A stretch of 32,000 nt of DNA from an uncultured archaeon. Its GTDB lineage: Archaea > Asgardarchaeota > Lokiarchaeia > Sigyniarchaeales > Promethearchaeaceae. The stretch covers positions 71,695 through 103,694 of the forward strand of contig CAYRPF010000001.1 in NCBI GenBank assembly GCA_964426185.1. Direction: 5' to 3'. The position numbers and the translations under genes were made by a program. Shown in pieces: positions 1-9,654 of the stretch. Each line of letters starts with the position of its first letter. The stretch's first letter is position 1. The notes beneath the pieces are model-generated. The model searched no databases and was not told where the DNA came from. It saw only the letters and a program-made list of their open reading frames with translations.

Positions 1-2417
1 AACTGTGTATTCAAAATAGTATCGTCAAATTGTTCTAAAGTTAAATATTGAATTATTTTAGATATTTTTCCCTTTTTAGGTGCAACTGGTTTGCCTTCAT
101 TCCAAATTTGAGAATAGATCAATTTTTTAATCCTAGGCAGAATCACCCGTGTGCACAGATCACTTGATTCCACCAAGATAAACTTACGGTTACCTTGATC
201 TTTTAAATTAAGATTAAAAACTGCTTGAGCCGTCGTTCCAGAACCTGCAAACGGGTCGAATATTATCCCAGATTTGGGAGAACCTATCCTAATACATTTT
301 TCAATCAGAGCCACTGGTTTAGGGTGATCAAATATTGGCTTTTGGAAAAGCTGTCGAATATCAATGGTTCCTGCTTCAGTACGCACCTCTGGGTCGCTCC
401 AGATTGTTTTTGCTTTTGAAGAATGTTTTCGATGTTTTTCATATATATTCCAGCCTCCATTTCGTTTCTGGCGGGCCACTAAATCACTTTCAACAGGATT
501 CTTGGGATTTAGATGTTTAATTGCTTTATTTTTGGACCATCGCCAGCAATCATCAATATTCTTACTTGTTCGAGGTAAAACTGCAATTGTATGAGATTTA
601 GTCGGTTCTAAAGAAACTGCACAAAAACCATCAGAATCTTGGGTTTGAGGATCTACATAAAATGGATAGAATAAATTTGGGCGATTTGTCCGATTAAATT
701 TTGGATTCCGGTTCCTTAATTCTCGGATGGTATATTTACCTTGTTTATCTTTATAGATCGTTCCATTAGGATCGGCCGGGATTTCAAAGAACTTGGCTTG
801 TTTTCCCTTTATGGAACCAACGATGATGTATTCGTGCGTTTTTGCCAAGGGTAAATAATCTCTGCCTCCCTTGTTAATTTGAACCACAATAGGACCAAAT
901 AATGTCGATTTGCTCCATTTTTCTCTAATTCGCAAATCGAGTTTTGAGTATTCGTTATCATCAATGGAAATAAAAAAGTTAAGATTCTCGGAGCCAAGTT
1001 GGGGAAAATAATCTAAAATTTCATCTATCATGTGAATCCAATCTGATTCATGATGAACATCGTGATAGGTAAATTCTTGCCCTCCTGTATTATAAGGGGG
1101 GTCGGTGTAGATGCAATCAATTTGATGAGCAAATTTCGGCATTAAAAAGGGGAGTGCCTTGCGATTATCGCTTTGAATAATCCATCCCACAGTGTAAGAC
1201 TCTATTTGAGATATAGTTGACAACAGATTTTTTGTGAATTTATCTGAGAAATGGCGCGTATCTATCATTAAATTTGAATTGTTCTTGAGAATTTCATGCG
1301 AGAGAGAATCTGTAGAGATAGAATTTATAGAAATTGGATCGGTAAAAATTGGAGTAATTTCAATTAAATCAGGGAAAAGTTCCTTCCATTCAGCAACTTG
1401 AGCACGATTGCATAATATTTCAAGATAAAAGGATTCGGGAACAAGATCAAGTGAGATACAATAATGATTTTCTAAAATCAAAGGAGGTTTATTGTAAATC
1501 TTCCAAATCAAAGCGTTTGTCATGGAAATCACTGGATAAATCGACGCGATGAATTTATCTAATTTAGGATTCAAAACGCCTTTGCACTTGAAAACCCAGT
1601 CAAAATCTTTGAATTCGGAAAAATCACCTATATATTCCCCTATCTTTCCATACATAAAATGGGCAAATTGAGACGGTGTAATTTTTTGGGGATTGAGAAT
1701 GTAAACTGAAAATGTTGATTCTTTAGTAAAGATGGTTAAATGTTGAAGAAGGACTCTGTTTAAATCTTTTTTTTGCGTTACTTCCACAATTCCTGAGTTT
1801 TGAATAAATTCTGACCATTTTTCCACAATTTCTTTAGTAATTTGAAATTGGAAATGAGATCCACGAATTTTTCCCTTTCTATTTTGTTCAAGGGGAATTA
1901 AGTTAAGAATAAGCAAAAATGTGTTTTTCTCTTCAATATAATGAAATGCATGTTGATCTGGCAGTTGGAAATAATATTTTTGTCGCTGTGTGCGATCATT
2001 TTGATTTAAATCTCCTGCAACCTTATCTAAAATAATTGCAAAATGAAAACTCATCCAAGAAAAGCGGTAATTGTAAAATTTTTTATGAAAATGAACTGAA
2101 CCTAATTCTTTTTGCGGCCAAACTAAGGAAACTCTTGCATTATTCTGCGGTGGATCAAATTTACTAAAGAAATTACTCCAGAAAAAAGGATTCTTATGAA
2201 TTTTGAAAGATTCAATATAAATATCCTGAAAAAATTTTTGAAATGAAGGATTTGTCTTAATTTTCAACTTATTTGGCTGAATAAATAATTTTTCCTGGGA
2301 TAATTCCTTTAATGGCGAGTGTTCTAAATTTTGGGAAAGAATCTGGAGAAATAGTCTCGAAAAATAAAAAAAACCTCCAATTGGTGCATAATCATCGAAA
2401 AATTTTCCTATTTCCAT
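1..2417 (-). CDS. Large beta-class N6-adenine DNA methyltransferase (type III Mod-like); C-terminus runs off the left edge of the window
   Basis: Not in the ORF track. Hand translation gives ATG at 2417 (MEIGKFFDDYAPIGG...), motif IV IDCIYTDPPYNTG at ~1083-1121 and motif I IIFDPFAGSGTTAQAV at ~219-266, all in one frame. It continues ...GNRKFILVE...LEQFDDTILNT, typical of Mod-like proteins. The frame was spot-checked, not checked codon by codon. Confidence 0.88.
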   Translation of the reverse strand, partial: MEIGKFFDDYAPIGGFFYFSRLFLQILSQNLEHSPLKELSQEKLFIQPNKLKIKTNPSFQKFFQDIYIESFKIHKNPFFWSNFFSKFDPPQNNARVSLVWPQKELGSVHFHKKFYNYRFSWMSFHFAIILDKVAGDLNQNDRTQRQKYYFQLPDQHAFHYIEEKNTFLLILNLIPLEQNRKGKIRGSHFQFQITKEIVEKWSEFIQNSGIVEVTQKKDLNRVLLQHLTIFTKESTFSVYILNPQKITPSQFAHFMYGKIGEYIGDFSEFKDFDWVFKCKGVLNPKLDKFIASIYPVISMTNALIWKIYNKPPLILENHYCISLDLVPESFYLEILCNRAQVAEWKELFPDLIEITPIFTDPISINSISTDSLSHEILKNNSNLMIDTRHFSDKFTKNLLSTISQIESYTVGWIIQSDNRKALPFLMPKFAHQIDCIYTDPPYNTGGQEFTYHDVHHESDWIHMIDEILDYFPQLGSENLNFFISIDDNEYSKLDLRIREKWSKSTLFGPIVVQINKGGRDYLPLAKTHEYIIVGSIKGKQAKFFEIPADPNGTIYKDKQGKYTIRELRNRNPKFNRTNRPNLFYPFYVDPQTQDSDGFCAVSLEPTKSHTIAVLPRTSKNIDDCWRWSKNKAIKHLNPKNPVESDLVARQKRNGGWNIYEKHRKHSSKAKTIWSDPEVRTEAGTIDIRQLFQKPIFDHPKPVALIEKCIRIGSPKSGIIFDPFAGSGTTAQAVFNLNLKDQGNRKFILVESSDLCTRVILPRIKKLIYSQIWNEGKPVAPKKGKISKIIQYLTLEQFDDTILNTQ

Positions 2418-2470
2418 GCAAAACACTTTAAATAATAGGGGAAAAAAGGTCGTTAAGAAAGAAATTGCTT

Positions 2471-2761
2471 TTAGTTCGGCGAAATTACAATTTCCATAGA
2501 CGATACATTTGAACTCTTTCCATCATCGTTTGTGAGGTGTTCCGTGGAAATGCGAATGTCCTTGTATTTAGCAGAGGGGAAAAACTTATTTATCAAAATT
2601 TCTGCAACATCTACCGCATGAGAAATTGCACGTCCACGGGCTTTAATTGTGCATTCTGTTCCTCGATTTAAAATTACCATTGCTGCCATAACATAATTCA
2701 TAGTTGGCCGTTTTCCAATGAAAACCGAATTGTCCGATGTTTTATCATTATTATTTTGCAT
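2471..2761 (-). CDS. albA: DNA/RNA-binding protein Alba
   Basis: VFIGKRPTMNYV...IKARGRAISHAVDVAEI...SNVSSMEI signature. Likely start is the ATG at 2761 (MQNNN); the track start at 2833 is probably too long. Confidence 0.93.
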   Translation of the reverse strand: MQNNNDKTSDNSVFIGKRPTMNYVMAAMVILNRGTECTIKARGRAISHAVDVAEILINKFFPSAKYKDIRISTEHLTNDDGKSSNVSSMEIVISPN

Positions 2762-2814
2762 AGTCTTGTCACTGTAGTTGTTCAACGTAGAAACGATGTT
2801 ATCGAATTTTGAAA

Positions 2815-2849
2815 ACATCCAATTAAGAACCAATAATTAAATTGGATGT
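2815..2849. promoter_or_regulatory. 10-bp perfect inverted repeat upstream of alba (hairpin or protein-binding site)
   Basis: ACATCCAATT (2815-2824), 15-nt spacer, AATTGGATGT (2840-2849). Confidence 0.45.
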
Positions 2850-2883
2850 CTATCACAAAGGTAGAAAGCGAGATAAAAAAGGT

Positions 2884-2964
2884 TTACTGGTGCGAATCAT
2901 CATTAACAATTTGATGAAGTTAATAATAGGGAGATGTGTCATCATTTATAATTTGTTGAAGTTT
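2884..2964 (-). repeat. Diverged in-frame 42-bp-period tandem duplication of the 3' end of the GPN GTPase gene
   Basis: tcatcattaacaatttgatgaagtt (2897-2921) versus tcatcatttataatttgttgaagtt (2939-2963). Confidence 0.7.
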
Positions 2965-3699
2965 TGCGTAAACTTGGTCTACTCCTTCATTAAATTTAGC
3001 TGAAACGGGGAGTAATTCTGAAGTTGCGCCAAAATTAATGAATGCTTTTCCCAGTGCAATTGTATATTCTCGGAAGATGCCATGTTCCAGCATTTCAATT
3101 GCATCCATTAACGCCAGATCGTCTTCCATCCAATTCAAGATTCTCTCTAACTTTTCTGGACTTAGGAGGTCTTTTTTGGTCAATAAGTTTAATTGGGGAA
3201 GATTTGCAAATCGGAACTGAACCGAAGCAGATAATAATAGGGTAGAAATCACTCCATTTGGTGTTCCGCACAATAAGCTATCATAGCAAAATATAATAGA
3301 ACGTTGAATAGAACCAAATCCAAGAGCGTTGGCAATCATTGGGCCTGTATTTCGAAAGGAAAAAAGTTCCATCTGACCCGGAGTATCCACTAAAATAATG
3401 TCGGGATCGTTATACTGGTTGATTTCATATTTTAAATCTTCAACATAATCCACCATTCTGTCTGTTGCTTCAATCATTGCTCCGTTTGGGCCCAAACCCG
3501 TTTCTTCAATAACTTGGTTAACCGTAATATAATCTTGAATGTCTATATTGGGCTGATACGGAAGTTTTTGAACCGCTGGATCCAGATTAATGGTAATTAG
3601 AGAGATTTCTGGATTGTATGTCCCAATATAGTCTTGGAGGGCTTTCGTTAAGGTTGTTTTTCCACTTCCTGCCGGACCAATTATGTAAAATATATGCAT
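2920..3699 (-). CDS. GPN-loop GTPase (archaeal PAB0955/GPN family)
   Basis: Walker A GPAGSGKT, NLDPAV, GLGPNG loop, DTPGQMELF, TKKD, SA. Confidence 0.95.
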   Translation of the reverse strand: MHIFYIIGPAGSGKTTLTKALQDYIGTYNPEISLITINLDPAVQKLPYQPNIDIQDYITVNQVIEETGLGPNGAMIEATDRMVDYVEDLKYEINQYNDPDIILVDTPGQMELFSFRNTGPMIANALGFGSIQRSIIFCYDSLLCGTPNGVISTLLLSASVQFRFANLPQLNLLTKKDLLSPEKLERILNWMEDDLALMDAIEMLEHGIFREYTIALGKAFINFGATSELLPVSAKFNEGVDQVYAKLQQIINDDTSPYY

Positions 3700-3767
3700 T
3701 TGTTTCGATTTATAAAATATTGCAGCCCAAAAGAATATTTCGACTATAATATAATGAAAAGGTATTC

Positions 3768-4262
3768 CTAAGCTACTGGGAGATAAAAACGTCTGACGAG
3801 AGAATTCACATAGAGTTGGACAATTTCATAACTTTGAATTTTCATTACCAAGGTTTGGGCGTCTAGATGAGTGATGATAATCTTAGGGCTAATTGATAAG
3901 ATAAATTTTTCGGAAATCTTTTTAACTTCAGCGGGGACACCAGCCACAACCTTAATCTCCACTTCGATCCCTTCAAGGGGAAATTTATGCTTGGGGATAA
4001 AAAAAGATTGGAAGAAATCCATTTTATCCATCAAAGGCTTAGGAATTTCATCCAACATCTCCAACTTTATTGGGGATGCCCGAATCTTAAAAGCTTCAAT
4101 ATCTCGGAAAATAAATAGAAAACCATTGTCAGTTCCTTCACAATACTGCATGGAGTTCATGTGCTTTTCAAAATATTGATTAAGATAATGAAGAATTTGA
4201 TCCGAATTGATAAAAATATACTGTAAAAAATCGGTGATTTGGAGAACGATGCGACTGGACAT
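3768..4262 (-). CDS. Hypothetical protein
   Basis: 164-aa ORF with ATG start, co-oriented with the GPN gene; no motif recognised. Confidence 0.7.
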   Translation of the reverse strand: MSSRIVLQITDFLQYIFINSDQILHYLNQYFEKHMNSMQYCEGTDNGFLFIFRDIEAFKIRASPIKLEMLDEIPKPLMDKMDFFQSFFIPKHKFPLEGIEVEIKVVAGVPAEVKKISEKFILSISPKIIITHLDAQTLVMKIQSYEIVQLYVNSLVRRFYLPVA

Positions 4263-4464
4263 AAATTATATTGTTAGTATGCCTTACTAAAAAAGAATTG
4301 CTATTACAGATAACAAGCAGTTTATTTTTTCTAAAGATGAGCTTGAACTTTCATGTGGGCAAAAATTTCTAAATTTCTGATGTTATTTGTAAAATTGAAT
4401 GCAAAATTTTATTATAGGAATAAGGCACTTATTGGTAAATACTTGAAAAGAAATTATTCGGAAA

Positions 4465-5814
4465 GTGATCCATATGACTTCGCTAAAAAAATCCCGTTAT
4501 CGTTTTTCCAAAGCAGAATTAGATGAGTTATTATTTAATTACAATCAAATTCCCAGTGTTTTACCCCATAATAAACCCAAATCGGTGCGAATTTGGGATG
4601 AAACTCTTCGAGACGGAGAACAAACACCAGGTGTTTTTTTAACATTGGAAGAAAAGCAAAAAATCGCACAATTTATGGATGAAATCGGAGTAGCGAAAAT
4701 TGCCGTGGGATTTCCCGCAGTTTCTACACAAGAATTAGAAATCGTCAAAACAATCAAATCAATGGGATTAAATCATGCGCAAGTGTTGGGAATATCACGT
4801 CCAAGAAATTCCGATATTGATGCCTGTTTGAAAGCAGATTTGGATGAGATTGTTCTATTTATGCCCATAAGTGATCTCCATTTAAAAATAATGAAAATCA
4901 CCCAAGATGAACAATTTCGTATTATTGATGGGGCCTTTGAATATGCCAAATCTCACGGTCTTAAAGCCAATTGGGTTTTTGAGGATGGTTCCCGAGCCCA
5001 TCCAGATCACTTATTAAGAATCGGTCAGTTAGTTTTGGATCATCATGCTGCCAGTATGATTTTAGGTGATACGGTTGGAGTTTTACAACCCGAATCAACC
5101 GTTTATTTGATGAATCTGCTTCAATCCAACCTCAAATGGAATAATGCTCCAACCGAATTAGGAATTCATACACATAACGATTTTGGGCAAGCTGTCGCCA
5201 ATACATGTGCAGCGGTTTATCATGGAGCGACCCTTCCGCATGTGTGTGTAAACGGATATGGTGAAAGGGCTGGTAATGCCGCATTCGAGGAAGTAGTTAT
5301 GAATTTAGAAGAAATGGGAGTTGATACAGGTATAAAGCTCGAAAAGCTCACTGAATTGTCGCATTTGGTGGAGAAAATATTCGCTCTGCCTTTGTCAGCA
5401 CACAAACCAATTGTAGGAAGTAATGCTTTCAGTCATGAGAGCGGTCTCCATATCAATGCCCTGCTATCTCATCCTGCTACCTACGAACCGATAAATCCTG
5501 CATGGGTTGGTCAAGAACGGCGTTTATATCTGGGAAAATTCTCTGGATCGAGTGCTATTGTTAATGCTTTGGAAACCAAATTGAAATTAAGCGATTTACA
5601 AATTCCTCGTGAAGTTATTTATAAAATTGTGCAAGATGTAAAAGACCTACAACAGCAATCTTCTAAAGAGGAAAAAATGAAACTTTTTCTTCAAACCAAG
5701 CAATTAGTCGAAAAAATGCGAGCAGGAATAAATGATAGCGAATTTTTCCGAATTGCCAAAAAACATGCCGCTAAATACCTAAAAAATACTTGGGCGGATG
5801 AAGATCAAGAATAA
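4465..5814 (+). CDS. DRE-TIM metallolyase of the homocitrate/isopropylmalate/citramalate synthase family, lacking the LeuA regulatory domain
   Basis: DETLRDGEQTPG, HTHNDFG, NGYGERAGNA, AFSHESGLH, YEP, LGKFSG. Start could be 4474. Substrate cannot be assigned by eye. Confidence 0.9.
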   Translation: MIHMTSLKKSRYRFSKAELDELLFNYNQIPSVLPHNKPKSVRIWDETLRDGEQTPGVFLTLEEKQKIAQFMDEIGVAKIAVGFPAVSTQELEIVKTIKSMGLNHAQVLGISRPRNSDIDACLKADLDEIVLFMPISDLHLKIMKITQDEQFRIIDGAFEYAKSHGLKANWVFEDGSRAHPDHLLRIGQLVLDHHAASMILGDTVGVLQPESTVYLMNLLQSNLKWNNAPTELGIHTHNDFGQAVANTCAAVYHGATLPHVCVNGYGERAGNAAFEEVVMNLEEMGVDTGIKLEKLTELSHLVEKIFALPLSAHKPIVGSNAFSHESGLHINALLSHPATYEPINPAWVGQERRLYLGKFSGSSAIVNALETKLKLSDLQIPREVIYKIVQDVKDLQQQSSKEEKMKLFLQTKQLVEKMRAGINDSEFFRIAKKHAAKYLKNTWADEDQE

Positions 5815-6017
5815 AATGATTTAGAAAAAAAAACCTAATTCGTTCACAAATTGTAGCTTTTAATAAGGGAAAAATTCCGAATATTTTTAGGAAAATGATA
5901 ACCTATTTAAACGAGGAAATAAGAAACTCTATGCAAATTTATTTCATCGAGATAGATATATAGATAATCATTTTTTAGACGAAAAATGTGCAATAATTCA
6001 AGAATGGGGTAGATGGT

Positions 6018-7445
6018 ATGAAGACAATTTATGCTCGCTTTGGTTTGGCGGAATATGAGAAATATCATCCTTTAACTAAAGATATTATTATTAAAACTTT
6101 TGGCGCCCCTGATAAAGAAATTAAACACGAGCAATATTCAGTTCAAATGATATATGAAGATGAAGGTTTGCAATTCTATCATCTCGAGACTAATAAAGAT
6201 TCTATTTCTGATAAAACTCAGCCCCCTGCAATTATTACTTGTGGTTTTTCTATTCCTTTTGAAGGAAAAACTGAAGAAGGAATTATCCTAAATAAAAGCA
6301 CCATGCGAGATGTAATTCGAATTTTTGGAGAAGAAACATGGTTAACAACCGATCAATCTCCATATTTTTGGATCCAAGAATCTGGGCTTTCATTTTATGT
6401 TAAGAAGGGAGATCTTGCAGAAGAATTTCCTTTTCAAAAAGATAAACAACTTGATAAAAAAATCATTCGAATTACCGTACCGTTAGTGTATCGAGAAGAA
6501 GAAGTTGCAATAAATGAAGAAGGTCAAATCATACGAACTATCGATGAATATTGTATTGATGGTACCTTGCATGATCCAATAATCGACGAGGAACACGCAG
6601 AAGAAGTTTGCAGCAAATGTGGAATCATTTTGCGGGATCGAATGATCTCAATGGAATATAGTGGGGAAAGGGCATTTTCCAAAGCAGAACGTGAACGAAG
6701 ACAAACTCACGGCAGTCCAGTTAATCCTTTAATTCCCGATCTTCAAATGGCTACTATGATTGACAAGCATGCATCAATGCCTGAAAATTTGCGAAAAGCC
6801 GTTAAATGGGACAGTCGATATTCTTGGAAACAGAGAAATATGATTCAAGCAACTTCTGAGATAAAACGCATAGGGGAATTGCTTAACCTTCCTCAGCACG
6901 TGAAAATTTATGCCATTAAACTGTATCGTCAAGCTTTTTCCTTGGGCTTGTTGAAAGGACGAAGTATTAGGGCAATGGTCGCGGCTTCTATATACTATGC
7001 TTGTGGGGCTGAAAAAATACCTCGTACTTTACAAAATATCGTTAAGGTTTCCGATTCTACGTTTCATCAAATTACTAAATGCTATCAGTCTTTAATAAAA
7101 GAGTTAAATTTACCGAGTCCGTCAATTAGCCCAAAGAATTTATTGTCATCTTATGTTTCTCTTCTTCATCTTCCCCATAATGTAGAGATAAATGCTGGAC
7201 GAATATTAGATCGTTATGAAAAGATTTATTCACTATCTGGGAAAGATCCCAAAGGTCTCGTTGCAGCAGCGCTTTATATTGCCAGTCAATTAAATAAAAT
7301 AAAGATTTCTCAGACAAAAATCTCTCGAACAGTTGGTATTACTGAGGTGACCCTTAGAAACAGATTACGTGAAATGCAAAAGTTTGTAAAGAGTAAGAAA
7401 CGCAAGAAAACTTCAGAAAAAGTTTCAAAAAAAGGGGATAAATAA
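6018..7445 (+). CDS. tfb: Transcription initiation factor IIB (TFB) paralogue with a ~170-aa N-terminal extra domain
   Basis: Zn ribbon C-x5-H...CSKCG, B-reader-like ERAFS...HGSP, cyclin repeats LLKGRSIRAMVAASIYYAC..PRTL and GKDPKGLVAAALYIAS..SQ..I...GITEVTLRNR. Confidence 0.92.
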   Translation: MKTIYARFGLAEYEKYHPLTKDIIIKTFGAPDKEIKHEQYSVQMIYEDEGLQFYHLETNKDSISDKTQPPAIITCGFSIPFEGKTEEGIILNKSTMRDVIRIFGEETWLTTDQSPYFWIQESGLSFYVKKGDLAEEFPFQKDKQLDKKIIRITVPLVYREEEVAINEEGQIIRTIDEYCIDGTLHDPIIDEEHAEEVCSKCGIILRDRMISMEYSGERAFSKAERERRQTHGSPVNPLIPDLQMATMIDKHASMPENLRKAVKWDSRYSWKQRNMIQATSEIKRIGELLNLPQHVKIYAIKLYRQAFSLGLLKGRSIRAMVAASIYYACGAEKIPRTLQNIVKVSDSTFHQITKCYQSLIKELNLPSPSISPKNLLSSYVSLLHLPHNVEINAGRILDRYEKIYSLSGKDPKGLVAAALYIASQLNKIKISQTKISRTVGITEVTLRNRLREMQKFVKSKKRKKTSEKVSKKGDK

Positions 7446-7475
7446 ATATTGGTGAGTTTGTTAATTTATCAAATG

Positions 7476-7730
7476 TTATTGCTCAAAACCAATAAATACT
7501 ATAGAATCTCCACGTAAAACTAGTTTATTGAAGTTTTCTGTTTTTTCCAATAAGTTTTCTTCATTTTCTGGGTCACGTTCAAAATATTTGTAGGTTACGT
7601 CTTCGAGCAAGACATTTAAGTGGGCATTAAACGATTTTAAGATGCCGATAAATGTTTTGCTCCGTTTGCATTTGATGGTTATCCGTTTTCCAAGGGATTC
7701 TCCTAAAGTTTGAATTGGATCATGAGGCAT
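7476..7730 (-). CDS. Sm-like (Lsm/SmAP) RNA-binding protein
   Basis: Sm1 motif GKRITIKCK..F.GILKSFNAHLNVLLED and Sm2 motif LVLRGDSIVFI. Confidence 0.92.
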   Translation of the reverse strand: MPHDPIQTLGESLGKRITIKCKRSKTFIGILKSFNAHLNVLLEDVTYKYFERDPENEENLLEKTENFNKLVLRGDSIVFIGFEQ

Positions 7731-7815
7731 AGTGAACTATTTCCTTTTAATTAAATCGTATATACACAAAATAAAGTACATTTTTCCATAAAAATTCTTC
7801 TTAATCAAAAAATTT

Positions 7816-9084
7816 TCACCACATTTTTTGACGATAACCACATTTTGGACATTCAATCTCAGCACCTTGCGGTGGGAACGAATTTAAAATATTTTGACAG
7901 CTAACACAATTCAAATCTACTAATTTATATGTTTCTGGCAGAAATTTGCGATTAATCAGGTGCTTTTGAAAATCTATAACCAAATTGTGAATAAGAGTTG
8001 ATACTAAATCTTTATTTTTACTAGCCACATACAAGGCGAAGAATCCATTTTTGATTTGAGGTATTGCCAGAATTTGTAAAGATTCATTGTCTTTGGTTAT
8101 TGAACCCAAATAGAACCACATAGGAGCGGGATTATCGTTTTTTATGATACTCATAAAGTGATATATCTCTAAAATTTCTTCAAAAATTTTCATGATATCA
8201 TGTTCACATTTGAGATCGGGGCAACCTACGCCTTGCATTCTTTTGAAAAACTCAGGATTTCGCATTATCGACTTTATTAAGTTAATGTCTCCTTTTAAAG
8301 GTGTAATTTCAGGAATATTGAAATCGACATTGATTTCTTCCATTCTGATCAATCGCATCGTAAGATTATTATTTCTAAATTGGAAAAATCCTCGAATGGA
8401 AAATTTACGATCATGAATGTCAGAAACGTATAATCTAAGTGTTTTTGCCGATTTTGCAGGGAGATCGTTAATACCAATGATGATTTCACCGGAGTTATCT
8501 TCATACGAATATTCATTAAATTGAGGTCTAATGGTTAATCCCTCATCATATTTTAAACGGAGTTTTCCTTCAGTAGCAGGAAAATCGGAATTATTTTGTA
8601 TGCCAATTAAGATAACCGTTCTAATCCCAATTATTTTTACATTCAATTCAACTGTGATTAAATCTTTTTGATCAATTTCCCGATGTTTAGATGTCACAAT
8701 TTCCATAGGTTGAGTCTTTTTTTCTGCCATTTCCGCCATTAAAGATTTTAAATTTTCAACCCTAGGAGTTTCTTTTTGAGTTATACCTAATACTTCAAAT
8801 TGTTCTAAATCCCAATCCAGTATATCTTCTAACGTCAGATTTTTTTTTTGGATTTCATCCATTGAAAATTGTAGATAAGTTCTACCGTCTGGATAATGCT
8901 TAATTTTACCAAATACCTTGTTATCGTTGTATAAACGGATTATCACTTCTCGAACTTGAAAATCGTCTAGTGAAAATTCAGATTTAATTTTATTTATATC
9001 TAGTTTATCATTATTGAGCATTTTTTTTACAATGAAAGTTGTAATTTTTTGTAAATCGAAATTTTTGTTAATTTGGCCGCTCAA
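7816..9084 (-). CDS. Multidomain hypothetical protein: PCI-like winged helix, Ig-like beta-sandwich plus platform (adaptin-appendage-like), C-terminal C4 Zn ribbon
   Basis: TTG start after GGGGAA. CVSC...CPKCG is seen directly; the other domains are inferred from sequence patterns. Confidence 0.6.
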   Translation of the reverse strand: MSGQINKNFDLQKITTFIVKKMLNNDKLDINKIKSEFSLDDFQVREVIIRLYNDNKVFGKIKHYPDGRTYLQFSMDEIQKKNLTLEDILDWDLEQFEVLGITQKETPRVENLKSLMAEMAEKKTQPMEIVTSKHREIDQKDLITVELNVKIIGIRTVILIGIQNNSDFPATEGKLRLKYDEGLTIRPQFNEYSYEDNSGEIIIGINDLPAKSAKTLRLYVSDIHDRKFSIRGFFQFRNNNLTMRLIRMEEINVDFNIPEITPLKGDINLIKSIMRNPEFFKRMQGVGCPDLKCEHDIMKIFEEILEIYHFMSIIKNDNPAPMWFYLGSITKDNESLQILAIPQIKNGFFALYVASKNKDLVSTLIHNLVIDFQKHLINRKFLPETYKLVDLNCVSCQNILNSFPPQGAEIECPKCGYRQKMW

Positions 9085-9201
9085 AAAAGTTCCCCTTTTT
9101 TAATTTATTTATACAAAAAAGTATTCCCTTCCTCCTTATTACTTTTGCTCTTTGGAAACGAAAAATTTTTTTAGACGTTATGTTTAATTGTACATATCGA
9201 C

Positions 9202-9648
9202 ATGACTCAAATTGGAATTGTTAAAGCAGTAAATATCAGCCGTAAAAAAGGTGAAATTAAAGAAAACATCCATACTTGCAAAGTTAATATGCAAGGATTG
9301 GAAAATGATGCTCATTCAGGCGATTGGCATAGACAAATTTCCTTATTGGCTGAAGAAAGTATTGATAAAATTCGCCATTTAAGTAATTCAATCACTTATG
9401 GTTCGTTTGCAGAAAACATAACCTCACAAGGAATTCGATTACATGAACTACCTATCGGAAGCTTTTTTAAAATCAATGATGTCGTTTTAGAACTAACACA
9501 AATCGGAAAAAAATGTCATAACGATTGTGCGATCATGCAACAAGTGGGGAAATGCGTTATGCCTACTGAAGGTGTTTTTGCTAAGGTCATTCATCCTGGA
9601 ACGATCTCAGAAGGGGATGAAATTCGTGTTATTTTGCCTAATGAATAA
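9202..9648 (+). CDS. MOSC-domain protein (Moco-associated)
   Basis: GLENDAHSGDWHRQISLL, GSFAENIT, ELTQIGKKCHNDC, CVMPTEGVFAKV..PG.I..GD. Confidence 0.92.
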   Translation: MTQIGIVKAVNISRKKGEIKENIHTCKVNMQGLENDAHSGDWHRQISLLAEESIDKIRHLSNSITYGSFAENITSQGIRLHELPIGSFFKINDVVLELTQIGKKCHNDCAIMQQVGKCVMPTEGVFAKVIHPGTISEGDEIRVILPNE

Positions 9649-9654
9649 TTTAAT

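Noticed and set aside
225-997. Short ORFs 225-419, 335-520, 364-594 and 809-997
   Set aside because: Shadow or off-frame ORFs within the large minus-strand methyltransferase.
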